A stretch of 64,000 bases of DNA from NCBI GenBank assembly GCA_951406725.2, contig OX597815.1, positions 90,272,001 through 90,336,000 of the forward strand, read 5' to 3'. Shown in pieces: positions 14,693 through 26,835 of this stretch. Source of the DNA: Octopus vulgaris. Lineage: Eukaryota. Made by a program: the position numbers and the translations under genes. Below the pieces are notes generated by a model, which did not search any database, was not told where the DNA came from, and was given only the letters and a program-made list of their open reading frames with translations. Numbering within the stretch: position 1 is the stretch's first letter; each line of letters opens with the position of its first letter.

Positions 14693-15072
14693 GTGGAGAC
14701 TCAATGGCCCAGTGGTTAGGGCAGCGGATTCGCGGTCATAGGATCGCTGTTTCGATTCCCAGACCGGGCGTTGTGAGTGTTTATTGAGCGAAAACACCTA
14801 AAAAAGCTCCACGAGGCTCCGGCAGGGGATGGTGGTGATCCCTGCTGTACTCTTTCACCACAACTTTCTCTTACTTCCTGTTTCTGTTGTACCTGTATTT
14901 TCAAGGGGCCGGCCTTGTCACTCTCTGTGTCACGCTGAATATCCCCGAGAACTACGTTAAGGGTGCACGTGTCTGTGGAGTGCTCAGCCACTTACACGTT
15001 AATTTCACGAGCAGGCTGTTCGTTGATTCGGATCAACCGGAACCCTCATCGTCGTAACCGACGGAGTGCTTC
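14693..15072 (+). mobile_element. Full-length tRNA-derived SINE with a 15-bp target-site duplication
   Basis: A box tggcccagtggttagg and B box gtttcgattcc; TSD cattagcttatcaaa at 14678-14692 and 15073-15087. Confidence 0.9.
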
Positions 15073-15104
15073 CATTAGCTTATCAAAATACAATAACAAT
15101 TTAG

Positions 15105-15415
15105 CAGCAGCATTTCGTCTATATTTAGGTTCTGAGCTCAAATTCCACCTAGGTCGATTTTGCCTTTCATCCTTTTAAGCTCGAGAAAATAAGCGCCAGC
15201 TGAGTACTGGGATCCATGTAATCGACCTATCCACTTCACCGAGTTTGCTGGCCTTCCGCCAAACTTTGAAACCAATATTTATTGAATACATTTCTGCTAA
15301 TAAGTACCAGGCTTTACAAAGTAAGCACTAGTCCGATTTTTTCGACTAAAATCCTGCAGGACAGTGCCTCAACATGGCCGCAGTTCAATGACTGAAACAA
15401 GTAAAAGATAAAAAA
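15105..15415 (+). mobile_element. SINE with Meta-domain-like core
   Basis: ttctgagctcaaattcc..ggtcgattttgcctttcatcc..aataagcgccag core, plus the shared tail catggccgcagttcaatgactgaaaca. Confidence 0.7.
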
Positions 15416-18089
15416 AGATTTCTTGGCACTTAATTTGGCCTTCAGCCGTTTATGGTACTTATTCGCCAAACTGAAATAAGAGCAAAAATAATAATCTACG
15501 TTTACAATATTCCCATGCTATTACCTTTCCCTAGGAAAATAAATGTTTATTATTTTTCAGCTGAAAAGATTTTCTATGTTACTAACTCTCGACATAATTC
15601 GAATTTTCTCCACTGGCTAGTTTGCACCCGTCTTCATTTATTTATGCAATCTAGCCTATTTCAGCTTAAAAATACGGTAAATCTTATATTTTATTGAGGG
15701 TATCTACAGGTCCTACTAATACAAAAATACATCCATAATTTTCTCCTTTGCCTAAAGTGATTAAGTTATTACTCAGTGAATGGTATGTTTTATTCTAATC
15801 TAGTTAACATTGTAACGTGGCCTTCATTACACATGCTAACACGAACTTAACCGTTGTTTCCACACAGATGTCCTCTCTGAGTTTATTCTCGAAACGGTTT
15901 TTATATTTAATTAGAGACAACCTAAAATAGGAGGGGTGCGTAATAATTGATTTAATACTCTCCTTAATCTTATTAGTGCATATTTCAATAGCTCAAGTAC
16001 GAGGGAGATTTTCATCCGGAACATTAAGGAGAAATAGCTAAATACAGAAAAATATTTACAATACTATTAACAGTTCGAATATGCCAAAACCACGTAAAGA
16101 AGAATATTTAATTTGGCACACAATTGTTTCTAGGACTGATCAGCTCAAAAATAGTAAAATCCTGAAATGAAACTGCCTATAATTTGGTTTTTGTTTATTT
16201 AACACTATAGATTTTGAAAAATCTGGAGTTACCGGTAATCATTCAGAAATCATTCAGGTTATATTAGAGCTTAGTAAGTCATTCTTTTAAAAGGAGAATT
16301 ATCCAGCTAGATCTTCCGATAACGACTGATAACTACTTCTCAGAAAAGAGCTTCATAAATTACCGGTGTTGAGACACAACCTCATATCTCCTTTTTCTCT
16401 TTTATTTTTCTTCACTTGGAGAAGACATAATGGCTGTAGGAATATTTAGATTTTGTATTAAAATATAAAATATATTTCTAATTCAATAATATTAATAGAT
16501 TTAATACGAGGTAAATAACATTAAATTGAGGAAAAACATATCAATGAAATTAAATAACAGAATATTATTGAATTAACAACTAGTTAGGTCGTAAATCTAA
16601 TATGATTAATGAAATTAATGATTCCAATATCTAAGTATTATTAAATTATATAAAACGGATGTAACTTTATTGCGTTAAGCTAGCATTGGTTACATTCCAA
16701 TCATTATCAACACCCTTACCTTCATACTCCTCGCAACATCATCGCCCCCTACACTACCATAAACTCCATTCCATTTCTACTTGTATTTCTTATACGTTTT
16801 AATATATCTTTAGTGTGTTGGGCTAGAAGAGAATATGGCCTCTCTCCAACTGTGACAATTTAAAATTAACATTAATAAGCATTCTTAAGGCCTGATGCCC
16901 ACACTAGTAATCAATATTAATAAACGCTATTAATCATATTTAAACAAGTCTAGATTTTATTCGAGTGTAATATATTAATGATAACAATATTTTATTACAG
17001 CTAATTTATAAAATATTCCTAGATATATCATATATTGAATTTTGAATCAATTTCGAATAAAGTATCATTACTCATTTCGAAAAAATTCTGTTTTCAGAAT
17101 TAGACATGATCAAAAATTATACTAAAGCCAAGTAATCTCTGATGAACTCATGATAAGAAACGAAAAAGCTAAATATTATTGATTTTTTATATTCGAAACA
17201 TATGATCATGTAATTAAAATGTAAGATTTACAAGTTTCCAACAAACATAATCTGTAAAAGGAAGTTACACTTTCAACCAGGTCTTCCAAATATTATACTA
17301 CCGGTGCTATTTTCCCTCCTCAAATATGGAGTGCCTTTATTTTATGAAATGCAGGAATGGACTATGGTATGCGTTCTCGGCATTTCTAAGTGAAATAAAT
17401 TAAAAGCAAAATATTATATTTTTACTGAATCGAATTGGTAGGATTTTGCTCCTAATTCGTGGCACAAATTGTTACAAAGTTAGATACTGTAGAAAATATA
17501 GGTGCATTAAAGTGAATGAAAACAGATTTAGAGACTGTTCTATAACATTGTTATGTTTGAGTTCCAACTACTCTACAATTATTTGAATGGAAATCTGAAA
17601 TGGTGGTGCATTTCAAATAATTATTATCATAACCAGCTCTGAATCACTTCTTACTACAACGCTCGAAGCCAAACCATGGTGCTAAATAAATTTTCCGTGA
17701 TGATATCCAAGCTTGTTTATGCTTACTATACTATAATGATAAAGTATTTGTCGGCAGAGACGCTCATGAGATTTAAACGGTCAAATATTGAACTTCAAGC
17801 AACGAAAAACCATAACTACTTTCCTCTCTATAAACATCACGAATATCAGCTCTTTCAATAATTGATTATAGCATATATTTTAGTATGATAGTTATTATAT
17901 TAACACAGACACAAGATCAAAGAGAGTATGGTGTAGTAGATGAAAATAATAGGAGATACAGTTGTACTTTAACTTCAAGAACGAAATAAATTAATGTATT
18001 TTGTTTAGCTCAAGACTTCTACAGGGCTAAACGCTATATATATATTCCCACATAGAATTTGATATAATTCTTTATATATACTTCTTACG

Positions 18090-18245
18090 ACAGGCGTGGC
18101 TGTGATATGAAGTTTGCTTCCTAACCACATGGTTTCAGGTTCAATTCCACTGCATGGCACTTTGGACAAGTGTCTGCTGCTATAGCCTCGGGCCGACCAA
18201 AGCTGGGTCAGGGAATTTTGTAGACGAAAATTAAAAGAAGCGTGA
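18090..18245 (+). mobile_element. 5' half of an octopus-type SINE
   Basis: caggcgtggctgtg..aaccacatggtttcaggttcaattcc..ctatagcctcgggccgaccaaagc. Confidence 0.8.
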
Positions 18246-18250
18246 TGTAT

Positions 18251-18318
<68 letters not shown>

Positions 18319-18319
18319 G

Positions 18320-18402
<83 letters not shown>

Positions 18403-18555
18403 CGAGAATGAGTGTGTGTGTATGTCTGATTGTGTCTGCCTGACTGTCTGCATGTGTGCCTCACCAAAACTCAAGAACTACCCAACCGATATCATTTCCA
18501 TTACAATTAACATGTATTTATGTACATGGTTGTATATGTATGTATATATGTGTGT

Positions 18556-18589
18556 GTATCTAAAGAGGTGAGGACCGAAATTCTTATAC
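18556..18589 (+). ncRNA. Degenerate minimal hammerhead ribozyme motif
   Basis: gtat-CTAAAGA-ggt(gagg)acc-GAAA-ttc-tt-atac: stems I and II intact, core G5 changed to A. Confidence 0.4.
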
Positions 18590-18809
18590 TTCACTTACTG
18601 AATATATATATATATATATATATATAATTATGTATATATATTTGTGTATCTATGTGGATATATACATGTGTATATATATATATTTATATGTATATATATA
18701 TATATATATAAATATATGTATATATATATATATATATACCTGTGCATATATATATAAGTATATATATGTGTATGTATATATATGTATATATCCATCTATA
18801 TGTGTGTAG

Positions 18810-19050
18810 AAAGAAGACCGTCGTATATATGTGTATATTTGTGCGCGTGTGTGTTTGTACCCCCACCATTGTTTGACGACAGATGTTGCTGTGTTTAGGT
18901 TGCCATAACTTAGTGGTTTGGCAAAAGACCCTGATAGAATAAGTAATAAGCTTACAAAGAATATGTCTTGTGGTCGATTTTTTCGACCAAAGGTGGTGAT
19001 CCGGCATGGCCGCAGTCATATGATTGAAACAAGTAAAACGATAAAGGAAA
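18810..19050 (+). mobile_element. 3' half of an octopus-type SINE
   Basis: Homologous to 8660-8910; tail ggtggtgatccggcatggccgcagtcatatgattgaaaca. Confidence 0.8.
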
Positions 19051-19107
19051 CTGTGCCATTTTAATCCCGAGCAAGGCTGAGTATCTCTGCTACTAGTATG
19101 TATATGT

Positions 19108-19191
<84 letters not shown>

Positions 19192-20679
19192 GTGTGTGTA
19201 TATATATATATTTCAATTTTGTTTACGACAAACGTTTTGCATATGCAAATAAAGTTCCTATTCCATTTTGCCGCCCACCGTCTAATGATGTTGAGTAGTG
19301 TGCCAGTTCTTCGGGGTTTCATCAAATTGTACCGATATAATGTAGGACAAATATAACAATAATTCTTGGACGGATTATAAAGATGAATACAGAAATCATC
19401 TCAGGAATAGCGACTGTGATGCAGTTAAAATATTGATATAATAGCCATCACCTTACTTAAAGCCATATGTAACGTACGAATATAGATTGGATCGCAAGTT
19501 TAATTAAATTAAATTTATTTTTGATTTAACAAAATAATATCAACGAGAGAGAAATAAATCTATAGTAGAATATCTCAAATTTCTTTCTTATAACGTAAAC
19601 TGTCCAAATCTATTCACCATAGAAATCTACCGAAAAGGTTCAACATTCATGCATGAATGGAATGACATATTTCGATGAAAAATTGTGTGATATCAGCCGA
19701 TATAATAATATTGTGTCTGTTTTCGAAATATATAATTGCTTAAGTAAAAGATGCTAGCGAGCTAATGGAAAAGCATAATCTTGTAAGAGTGAGGATATAC
19801 TGGAAACTACAATACGTAAATTACTTATATTTTATCCGCTGCGTAAATAGATTTTGTTTATCAAGCAGTCAGTTTGAGAAATTAAGATTTTATAGGAGTT
19901 GTCAGCAAATCTCTAATGAGGGATAGTTTCTCTTCTCTGTTGCTGGATTCGTTACTTTAATATTTTGCCAGTAATTCATATTGTTAATTAAATTATGGTG
20001 GGTTACAACGAAGAAAACGTTGCCTATTTACTAATGGCTGATGTACAAGCAGGAATGGTGGAATGTCGAACAAAATACTTCGCATTTTTAGTTTTGTCCC
20101 ATTAAGTAATCAGTTTGATTCACACATGTGACAAGTTATACTTCCTTGTTTAATTCTCTTGACAACATAATTTCTAAAGAAAGGAATATCTTTAGGCTTC
20201 TTTTATCAGGAAGGTGTGATCATTTTGTTACCACTCGTCTAACTTTATTTTATATCACTTTATCCCTAAATCCATTCAGTTGCTATCTGTAATGCTTACA
20301 ATGGTCCAGAGACTAATCGTACTGCCCTGATATACCTCATGCAATGCCGCTTCGATGTTGTCTGGACGTAAAAACAAAACTAACTATATATTTGAAGAAG
20401 TAATTGTTTACAGAATGCGGTGTCAGTGATAAACGATATCGATCACAGAATGTGTTATTTGTAAGCGAAAAGTCCTTACTGAAAAACTCAAGACCTTTTA
20501 ATATCCTAAATACACATCTACATTCAACATCTAAAAATGTGCAACGCTTGAATGTTAGATAAAATCATTTTTAAAGCAACTCTCCCGCCCCACCTACCCC
20601 AACCCAAAAATCAAGTATCTTGCGAATGCCTAATTTTCACATAATAACCTCTACAAATTACAATGCAGAATCAGACCAT

Positions 20680-20820
20680 AGAATCTAAAGTGGAAAATAC
20701 GGTGGCTTCAATTACTAATAATGGTACCTCCCTACAACTTGACGAGTGGAATGAAAACTCACTATAAGTTAGGTGACGTCTGCCAGTATCAAGAGAGTAC
20801 GTAGAGTACGAGAAGTACTT
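20680..20820 (+). mobile_element. Isolated PPT plus 5' part of a Gypsy LTR
   Basis: taataatggt..gtgacgtctgccagtatc..tacgtagagtacgaga aligns with 30233-30372. Confidence 0.65.
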
Positions 20821-21047
20821 TTTACATAGATCTACCAAATATGTTTTTCAGAACATATGTTTTATTGGGAAATTATTTTAAAACAACTGTGTTAAAATCT
20901 GAAGTTCTTAAATTGACACCTTCAAGCTCCCCACCCACTTGAAATTTTGAATAATGAGCGAAAAATGAATATATAATATATTTGCCGCTCTTTATTTTCT
21001 TTTTTACATTCCTTGTTACGAATTGATCGTAACTTGCCATATCTCTT

Positions 21048-21113
21048 TGGGCCCACAGGCATATGCCGTAGTGGTTGAGAGCGCGAGATTCCGAGTTCGA
21101 TTCCAAGCAGTGA

Positions 21114-21195
<82 letters not shown>
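21048..21195 (+). mobile_element. tRNA-like SINE head followed by (TAA)n
   Basis: A box tgccgtagtggttgag, B box gagttcgattcc, then gtgacctgaat(aat)n; the same gtgacctgaat starts the HHR unit at 26439. Confidence 0.7.
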
Positions 21196-21196
<1 letters not shown>

Positions 21197-21984
21197 GGCG
21201 GCTGGACGTGACAGAGGCGGCTGGACGTGACAGAGGATGGACGTATTTTTACGATGCTCTGAACTGGCAAGCGAACCCAGCAGGTCAACTGTAGAAAACT
21301 GGAAGATCTACTGTTTTCTGTAAGTAATTTGAATTACCCTCAAAATAAGTAAAAAAAAAAACTTACATATCTACAGCTCATACAAACGTACACCTAACAA
21401 GAAAAATTAGAAACATACATATCTCCAATTCTGTGTGAACATTTACATTTAGTCGTCTCTCATGACTATAAGAATGTGTAAAATTGCCTTTTAAATTACC
21501 TTTTATTGTAACAACACAATTAAATGCACGATAAAAAGTTATGGAATTAAGCACCTACTACTATATACATACAACTGAATTCAGAAATTTAAAAATATAT
21601 ACATAACATTGAACTCAGAAAGTTATTTAAAAAAAAGAAAAAAAAAATCTTCGACGAAAACATCAGATAATATGTGTGAGTGAATATACATATATATACA
21701 TATACATATGCATGTGGTGAAGAAGAAAAGAGAAAGGAAAAAAAAAATAAATAAATAAATAAACGTAAACAGGTTTGACCTTTTACTGACCATTAACGTC
21801 CTTTGTCTCCACCATCTACCGTAGCTATTTATAGACCCAAAGAACATGAATTCTTTAACCACCCATTCTCCAACACAATGGAGTGTTGATGGTGGCTGTG
21901 GCTACACATTGAAGATGATGATGGTGATGGTGATGTTGCTGATGATGGTGATGGTGGTGAAGATGATAGTAATAACAATAATAA

Positions 21985-24900
21985 CTGACAGATCCCGTCT
22001 TTTTCCCTTTCTTTTCGTTTCCTTCTCCGTATTTTATTCTCATTATTTCGAACTAATACAGACACAGTAAGCCTTGAAGAAAGGAAGAGGAGGAAAGGAG
22101 GAAAAAAAAAAAAAAAAAAAATGTCCGGAGATAAAACTATCAACAAAAACAATACAGACGAATATAGATCTGCTAGTCTTAAGAAGCGGCGCTATGAGCA
22201 ATGCTTACATGTAGTGAACCCTAAACTGACAGATCCATCTCCTAATATAAGAATGGATGCTCGTCATGCTTCAAGGTCAACAAATCAAACAATAAACCGC
22301 ATTGGTCATTGCGCGGATTACAAAAGACCACGTACCCGAAAATTGAACCAAATCCTGATTGAAAAATCAGTTACTGGATCAAATCTTCCCAACACACAGG
22401 AGCTGGACGAACCCCACAACCGGAATATTCCAACAGATGGCCATCCATGCTCATCACCAAATAATCAAAAGAAAAAGAAGGAAAAATGGTCTAGGGAAGA
22501 TAATAAAGAAGTTATTGAGGCCTTCTACCATGCCATATATTTCCCCACAGATAAGTCTAGCACTGTACAAGCATACTTAAACTGGAGACAGAAACACCCT
22601 GAAGTAAGACCCTACATAGACAGTAACAAGCTTGCCAATGTTAGAAGAAACATTATAAAAAAGAAATTACTGACTGAAGTAGAGATTGATCAGGTTAGAC
22701 AAGCAATATCGGATAAAATGAACGAAGCTGCAGCTAGAGAAGATAATACAGAGGAAATGATTATAGACCAGCCCAGGGCGGATAAAAACGAAGAGAGGAT
22801 TGAAAGAGTTAGTATAAGTGATAGGCAAAGTGAAATACGCCCTGAACCAATCATAAACACTAAGACAGATGAGCATCAAATAGATAAAGAAAGTCACACA
22901 AATATTGACCCAACAGAACTACATGAGCTAAAAAATCAAATCATGATTGAATGGCTGAAAATTAAAGAAACCAGCATGGATGAGCGTGATACACTTCCTA
23001 AAATCCGCAACTCTAACCAAAACATGAAAATAATTGGTAAAATCCGGCTTGCACTTAAGGATATAATTTCAGTTAATGATGTTGATATCACAAACCTCAA
23101 CCACCTATACTATGCATCCGCGAAAATCTCAACGATCCTATGTGGTGTAAAGATTAGAAAACGGCAACAGTCCCACAAAAGCCTTCTTCGCAAGAGCGTC
23201 TGCAACAACAAATTAAAGTATTTAGATCTGACATTGAATATTTGAAAAACCTTAAGGCTCACAAGACTACCAAACCTACAAAAACCCAAAAATTACTGAA
23301 AAAATACAATATGAAAACTATACTTGATATTGATGCCACCATAGAAACCATCAAACAAAAGGTATCTGCCAAAGCTGCCCGCATAGCGAGGTATGAAAAG
23401 CGTGTTAGATTTTTCAAGGACAACAACATGTTCAAAAATAACACCAAGAATTTTTACAGGAAGATAGGAAAAACAGCGTTTACTGCAGGGTCTGTACCAT
23501 CAAAAGAAGAAGTGCAGAGATTTTGGAATAAAATCTGGGCAGAAGAAAAAACACACAACGAAAAGGCCCCCTGGATTGACAGAATATCTACAGAACTGGA
23601 CCCCTTAGAAGAGCAAAAGTGGGAGGGTGTCAAGGTAGAAGATATAAGATCTGCTCTCAGGAGGTCAAGCAAATGGAAGTCTCCAGGAAAGGATAAAATT
23701 CCTAACTTCTGGCTGAATGCCTTCCCAGAGAGCCATGAACTGCTAACAGAACTGTACAATGATGTTTTGCAACACCCTAGTAGGATGCCTCCTTGGCTAG
23801 TTAATGGGTTAACATTCCTGCTTCCAAAAAGTGAAGAAACAAATGAACCAAAAAACTATAGACCCATAACCTGCTTAACAACTATGTACAAAACACTAAC
23901 ATCTGTCCTGACGGAATATACCTATAGTTTTTTAACAGACAGCAGCATATTCCCTAATGAACAGAAAGGATGTAAACGTGGATCCTACGGCTGTAAAGAC
24001 CAACTACTCATCAATAAGATGATCTTAGAAGATTGTCACAAACGACACAAAAACTTATCAATAGCCTGGATAGACTATAAAAAGGCTTTTGATAGCCTAC
24101 CACATAGCTGGATTAGGAAATGCCTTGAAATGTATAAGATAGCACCAACTCTGCGAAACTTCTTGACTGTAAGTATGAGATCATGGAGAACCACACTAAC
24201 TCTGAACAGTGACAGTGAATCCCTAAATGCTGGTGATGTAAAAATTTCGTGTGGCATTTTCCAGGGTGACTCACTGTCACCACTCCTCTTTTGTTTATCC
24301 TTAATACCTCTCTCAAAGCTGCTCAATGACGCGCAGTACGGGTATAAAATGTTTGATAAAAATATAAATCATCTCGTTTACATGGATGATTTAAAGCTTT
24401 TTGCAAAAAATGATCAACAACTCAAGGGCTTACTAGCGATAGTCAAACAATTCAGTGACGACATCAGAATGCAATTCGGCCTCGATAAATGTGCAAAGGC
24501 TACCTTTATCAAAGGAAAAATGACAGAAACATCTAACGTTAACCTTGACCAACAGAATGTCATAAAAGAACTAGACCCAGCGGAGAGCTACAAGTACCTA
24601 GGGGTAATTGAAGGGAACGGAATAAGGCATTCAGAGATGAAGGAAAGGATCAGGAGAGAATGCTATCGAAGAGTGAGAGCAATACTCAAGACAGAGCTGA
24701 ATGCAAGAAACAGGATCGAAGCAATCAATGCATTAGCTATACCAGTCGTGACTTACAGTTTCAACATTGTTAACTGGTCAATTACTGAAATATGTCAGCT
24801 CGACAGAAAAATAAGGAAACTGTTGACAATGCATAGAATGCACCACCCTAAGGCAGATACAGAACGACTCTATCTGCCAAGAAAAGAGGGAGGCCGTGGT

Positions 24901-26156
24901 CTTTTGCAACTGGCAATAACAATGAAGATTGCTACAATTGGCCTAGACACCTACCTGAAAAACTCTGAGGACTGGATGTTAAAACTTGTCTCAAAACATG
25001 AAAACAAGAAAGCATCATACTCAGTCACAAAACAGGCAAAGGAATATCTAAGTGAATTCCGAATACAACCAATTTCGGAATTAGAGATAGACATACAAGA
25101 AACAAGCACAGAAAAAGCTAGGCGCATGAAAACCCGTGCCAAAACTGCGGCCTTAGATATTCTGAATAATAAATGGCAAGAAAAACCTCTCTATGGCAAA
25201 TACCCAAAGAGAGCGAATAATGCAGATATCGACAAAGCCCTGACCCATCAATGGCTAATGGCCTCTGGCTTAAAATCTGAAACAGAGGGGTTTATCATAG
25301 CAGCTCAAGATCAATGCCTACCAACAAGAAACTACCAGGCCAACATATTAAAGATCAGAAGCAGTCCAACGTGTCGTGTATGCAAGCAACAAAATGAAAC
25401 CATTGACCATGTGGTCTCCAAGTGCAGTCTTCTAGCGCCTACAGAGTATCTCAACAGGCACGATAGAGCTGCACAATATATTCACTGGGTAATCTGTAAA
25501 AACCTGGATTTGCCCCATGAAAAAAACTGGTGGGAACACAAACCACCCCCAGTGCTTGAAAATGACCACATCTCACTCCTCTGGAACTTCACCATTCAAA
25601 CTGACAGGAAGATAGATGCAAATAGGCCAGACATCATATTGAAAGACTTCAAACAAAGAACATGCCTCCTCATTGATATGACTGTCCCAATCGATATAAA
25701 CGTATCTGTCAGGACCTACCAAAAACTGAGCAAATATAAAGATCTTGAAATAGAAATCAGCAAAATGTGGAAGCTGAAGACTAAAACAATACCTGTTGTC
25801 ATAGGTGCCCTGGGAATGATAGCAAAAGGGGCTGATAGCTACCTAACTCAGATACCAGGAAACCCAAAAATGGCAGAAGTTCAAAAGATAGTGCTCATGG
25901 GAACTGCTCATATCCTACGCAAAATACTCTCTATGTAACCTCAAGGTTTAAAACAACCATAATTTTCGGTTTAAAAAAAAAAAAAAAAAAAAAACTTTTT
26001 TTTTTTAGACATTCATTAGTACAACATCCCCACCCCCCAAATATATGGCACACTAGGCATAACAACAACATGAACTTCCAACCCTGTTGTCTCTTGAGGT
26101 CTCTGGGTGAGACTTGGAGCCAACTTGTACAAATATAAAGCAAAAGTCAAACATAG
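21985..26156 (+). mobile_element. Near full-length R4/Dong-clade non-LTR retrotransposon inserted in a (TAA)n tract
   Basis: TAA-like sequence on both flanks (aataacaataataa|ctgacag ... acatag|aataataat), 5' UTR, RT plus restriction-like endonuclease ORF, ~220-bp 3' UTR. Confidence 0.9.
22121..25938 (+). CDS. R4/Dong polyprotein (RT, CCHC zinc knuckle, REL endonuclease), about 1272 aa if one -1 frameshift near 23158 is repaired
   Basis: Motifs NYRPITCL, WIDYKKAFDS, GIFQGDSLSPLLF, YMDDLK, YKYLG, CRVC..ETIDHVVSKC, RHD, RPDIILKD..LLID, KLSKY. The downstream frame is open from 23158 (KTATVPQKPSSQERLQQQIKVFRSDIEYL). Confidence 0.92.
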
Positions 26157-26172
26157 AATAATAATAATAGTA

Positions 26173-26210
<38 letters not shown>

Positions 26211-26230
26211 GATGATAATGATGATGATCA

Positions 26231-26264
<34 letters not shown>

Positions 26265-26351
26265 CGACGACGACGATGACGATGATGATGACGACGACGA
26301 CGACGACGACGACGACGAAGACGACGATGACGGCGACGACGACGACGACGA

Positions 26352-26440
26352 CATCGAAAAATACCTTAAGAATGAGAACCCAGGTTCGAAATTTCCCCAA
26401 GACACCTGAAGAAGGCTGGGGGGTATATCAGTCGAAACGT
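26352..26440 (+). ncRNA. Hammerhead-bearing repeat unit 1, truncated at stem III
   Basis: gacac-CTGAAGA-a-ggctg(gggggtatat)cagtc-GAAA-cgt, then jumps to the start of the next unit. Confidence 0.75.
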
Positions 26441-26452
26441 GACCTGAATAAC

Positions 26453-26519
<67 letters not shown>

Positions 26520-26536
26520 GTAATAATAATAATGAA

Positions 26537-26581
<45 letters not shown>

Positions 26582-26601
26582 GATGATAATGATGATGATC
26601 A

Positions 26602-26638
<37 letters not shown>

Positions 26639-26680
26639 CGACGACGACGATGACGATGATGATGACGACGACGACGACGA

Positions 26681-26835
26681 CATCGAAAAATACCTTAAGA
26701 ATGAGAACCCAGGTTCGAAATTTCCCCAAGACACCTGAAGAAGGCTGGAGGGTATATCAGTCGAAACGTTGTTTTAACAACAAACTAGATGAAGACAAAT
26801 ATCCGTCGAATATAAATAATGTAAATAATGTAAAT
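26681..26835 (+). ncRNA. Hammerhead-bearing repeat unit 2 (minimal type I HHR at 26730-26775)
   Basis: gacac-CTGAAGA-a-ggctg(gagggtatat)cagtc-GAAA-cg-tt-gtttt; palindromic stem III aacgtt; tail (tgtaaataa)n. Confidence 0.8.

Noticed and set aside
14693-14770. tRNA-like sequence (also 21060-21105)
   Set aside because: SINE heads with bodies or tails and a TSD; no complete cloverleaf.
17136-17170. CTGATGA..GAAA hammerhead-like string
   Set aside because: No convincing stem I or stem II pairing.
21196-21236. 19-bp direct duplication aggcggctggacgtgacag
   Set aside because: Only two copies; ordinary slippage or insertion scar.
23150-23245. Programmed ribosomal frameshift between the Dong ORFs
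   Set aside because: No heptameric slippery site seen and the clade has a single ORF; a one-base loss is simpler.
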